Shown here: in pieces, positions 47,481 to 49,017 of the stretch
Numbering within the stretch: position 1 is the stretch's first letter
How the letters are laid out: each line of letters starts with the position of its first letter
Assembly (NCBI GenBank): GCA_903889905.1
Contig: CAISZI010000012.1
Span: 1-49,017 of the forward strand
DNA: 49,017 nucleotides
Direction of reading: 5' to 3'
Origin: Candidatus Wirthbacteria bacterium
GTDB taxonomy: Bacteria; Patescibacteriota; CG2-30-54-11
Program-made: the position numbers and the translations under genes
Notes under the pieces: generated by a model
What the model was told of the DNA's origin: nothing
Database searches by the model: none
What the model saw: only the letters and a program-made list of their open reading frames with translations

Positions 47481-47509
47481 ATGCTAACGGGAATTTGCAG
47501 GCATGTCAA
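47481..47509 (-). promoter_or_regulatory. Sigma70-type promoter of the ATPase operon
   Basis: Minus strand TTGACA-N17-TAGCAT. Confidence 0.75.
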
Positions 47510-47535
47510 ACCTTGGCAAAAATGAGTTTTGTCGG

Positions 47536-47590
47536 CCAAACAAACAGGCCACTCCTCGCCTGGCTAGAAACCAAAGCGGGAGTGGCCTGT
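47536..47590 (-). terminator. Terminator-like hairpin after the surface-protein gene
   Basis: 12-bp arms ACAGGCCACTCC / GGAGTGGCCTGT, followed on the minus strand by TTGTTT. Confidence 0.6.
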
Positions 47591-47612
47591 GCTGCACCGG
47601 ATTTGGCAAAAG

Positions 47613-49016
47613 CTAGAGGGTATTGTTCCAGAATTCCTGACTATCCAGCAGGGCGGACGAGAGCATCATGCGATCCAGTCCGTTTTGCAAAAGCTGTACC
47701 CAATAATGTTCAGCACTGCTTTCTGCATGCCTTGCCAGGATTTGCTGAAACTGCTCCTGTACGTATTTGGCGTTGAACTCATAGGAATAGAAGAAGTCAT
47801 GAATCATGTCCTGCTTGGTCTTGGCGCCACTGGTAAGCTGGGAGACCCAGTACGCAGCACCCTCTGGATCAGCGGAACGGCCCATGAAATCTTCGTACAT
47901 GGAGTTCACGAACGGCACATTGCCTTGACTGAGATATTCCGACGAATAGGCAAAGGCAGAGATCAAACCGGTTTCACTAAGACCGTTCATCATCCGCCCT
48001 GTCCAGTAATTGAGGCCGCTTTGATCCGCATCCCGATTCATGAATTCGTGATAGATGCCGCGCACAAAATTGCGGTCATATTCTTCCATCTGCAGGAAAT
48101 TGGTGATCAAGACTGTTTTGGTGGTACTGCCATCCAAGAGACGATTGGTCCAATACGTGATGCCTCCGTCTTCGCCAGAACGATTCAAGGCATGCGTATA
48201 TAGCCGCTGCACAAAGCTATGGGTCAAACTCGCCTGAGTGCTGGCAATATTGGCGACAGTTGCGACCGCAGATCCTGTATTACCCGCTGCATCATGGAAC
48301 TGGAAGGTAAAGGTACCATTGCTGCTAAACGAATACGTTAACGCGCCGCCATTGTTGGTCACGGTTACTGCTTCGCTGGGGTGTAAGGTGGCAACAACAT
48401 CGCCAGAAGTGGTGCTGGTGGTGGAATAGCTGACGGTGGCAGTGGGTGCCGTGTTATCCGTATTGAGCTGGCCGACCAGGAAATATCTGGTATTTGGCGT
48501 TGCATCGGCTGCCTTCACACAGAGGAAATCCGTGTGGTCGCCCGCGATCGTGAAGTCGGTGCTGTTGCTAAATGCGGTGCCATAGGTATCGGAAGCATTG
48601 CAGACATTGTCCGCACTGAATCCATAGGCCAAAGATGCGGCATTAAGCAAGGGATCCGTAGCGGTCACGTTAATGGTGTCAAGCTTGACCGGACTCGCTG
48701 CCGTACCATTATTGATGGTAAAAACCGGCGCGGTCGTATCCTGCACAACGACATTGAAGTGCGTTGCCGTCGCTGGATTGCTTGCGACATCAGTTTTGTT
48801 ACAAGTCACCTCCGTCGTTCCCAGGGCAAACACTGTTCCCGATGCGGGCAAACAGGTTGCTGCTGCGGTACTGTCCACATTGTCGGTGGCATTGGGTGCG
48901 GTATAGGTGACTGTGGCTCCAGAAGCAGAAGTCGCTTCTACTGTGACTGTATCGTGAACTGCAATGACCGGGGCGGTCGTGTCATGGACTACAACATTGA
49001 AGTGCGTCGCGATTGC
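47613..49016 (-). CDS. Partial large surface protein with HYR/Ig-like repeats and C-terminal DUF4214-like repeats (5' end beyond window)
   Basis: Frame stays open to the window edge; repeated THFNVVV.DTTAPV; three FV..LY...L.R..D..G..YW...L repeats. Confidence 0.85.
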   Translation of the reverse strand, partial: AIATHFNVVVHDTTAPVIAVHDTVTVEATSASGATVTYTAPNATDNVDSTAAATCLPASGTVFALGTTEVTCNKTDVASNPATATHFNVVVQDTTAPVFTINNGTAASPVKLDTINVTATDPLLNAASLAYGFSADNVCNASDTYGTAFSNSTDFTIAGDHTDFLCVKAADATPNTRYFLVGQLNTDNTAPTATVSYSTTSTTSGDVVATLHPSEAVTVTNNGGALTYSFSSNGTFTFQFHDAAGNTGSAVATVANIASTQASLTHSFVQRLYTHALNRSGEDGGITYWTNRLLDGSTTKTVLITNFLQMEEYDRNFVRGIYHEFMNRDADQSGLNYWTGRMMNGLSETGLISAFAYSSEYLSQGNVPFVNSMYEDFMGRSADPEGAAYWVSQLTSGAKTKQDMIHDFFYSYEFNAKYVQEQFQQILARHAESSAEHYWVQLLQNGLDRMMLSSALLDSQEFWNNTL

Positions 49017-49017
49017 T

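Noticed and set aside
48752-49007. Nucleotide direct repeat ACATTGAAGTGCGT
   Set aside because: Explained by tandem HYR protein repeats
1-49017. CRISPR array or cas genes
   Set aside because: No regularly spaced repeat-spacer series; palindromes are isolated and of different families
1-49017. Alternative genetic code 25 (TGA=Gly)
   Set aside because: TGA terminates valS, pilM, pilN and ATPase subunit A at the expected lengths with ATGA overlaps

Overview
A 49-kb bacterial chromosomal window in genetic code 11 (TGA is used as a stop). The gene repertoire and many short orphan membrane genes look like Patescibacteria/CPR, but this is inference and was not tested. Left to right: an AT-richer, frameshift-split methyltransferase downstream of tRNA-Lys(CTT); recA-IMPase/FBPase-LOG-NUDIX-recX-MBL hydrolase; CIRCE-controlled Hsp20; ndk; dtd; tilS-radA-LOG-small protein-PIN/TRAM; aspartyl protease; pilM-pilN-pilO, where PilN carries an inserted LysM-like module; a DNRLRE/FN3 surface protein; gpmI-GT2-PH-valS-TPR; a 705-aa orphan with a zincin-like motif; class I aldolase; Bro-N protein; tandem paralogous membrane genes; HD protein and GT-C-like membrane protein; a complete nine-gene V/A-type ATPase operon (H-I-K-E-C-F-A-B-D); and a truncated HYR/DUF4214 surface protein. 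Intergenic DNA holds several REP-like palindrome families. No CRISPR array, transposase or integrase was seen. The strongest leads are the V/A-ATPase in a CPR-like host, the LysM-in-PilN fusion, a LOG gene in the radA-(disA)-yacL slot, the tRNA 5'-end duplication hairpin and the orphan metallopeptidase-like protein. All family assignments are by eye from motifs; no database searches were run.
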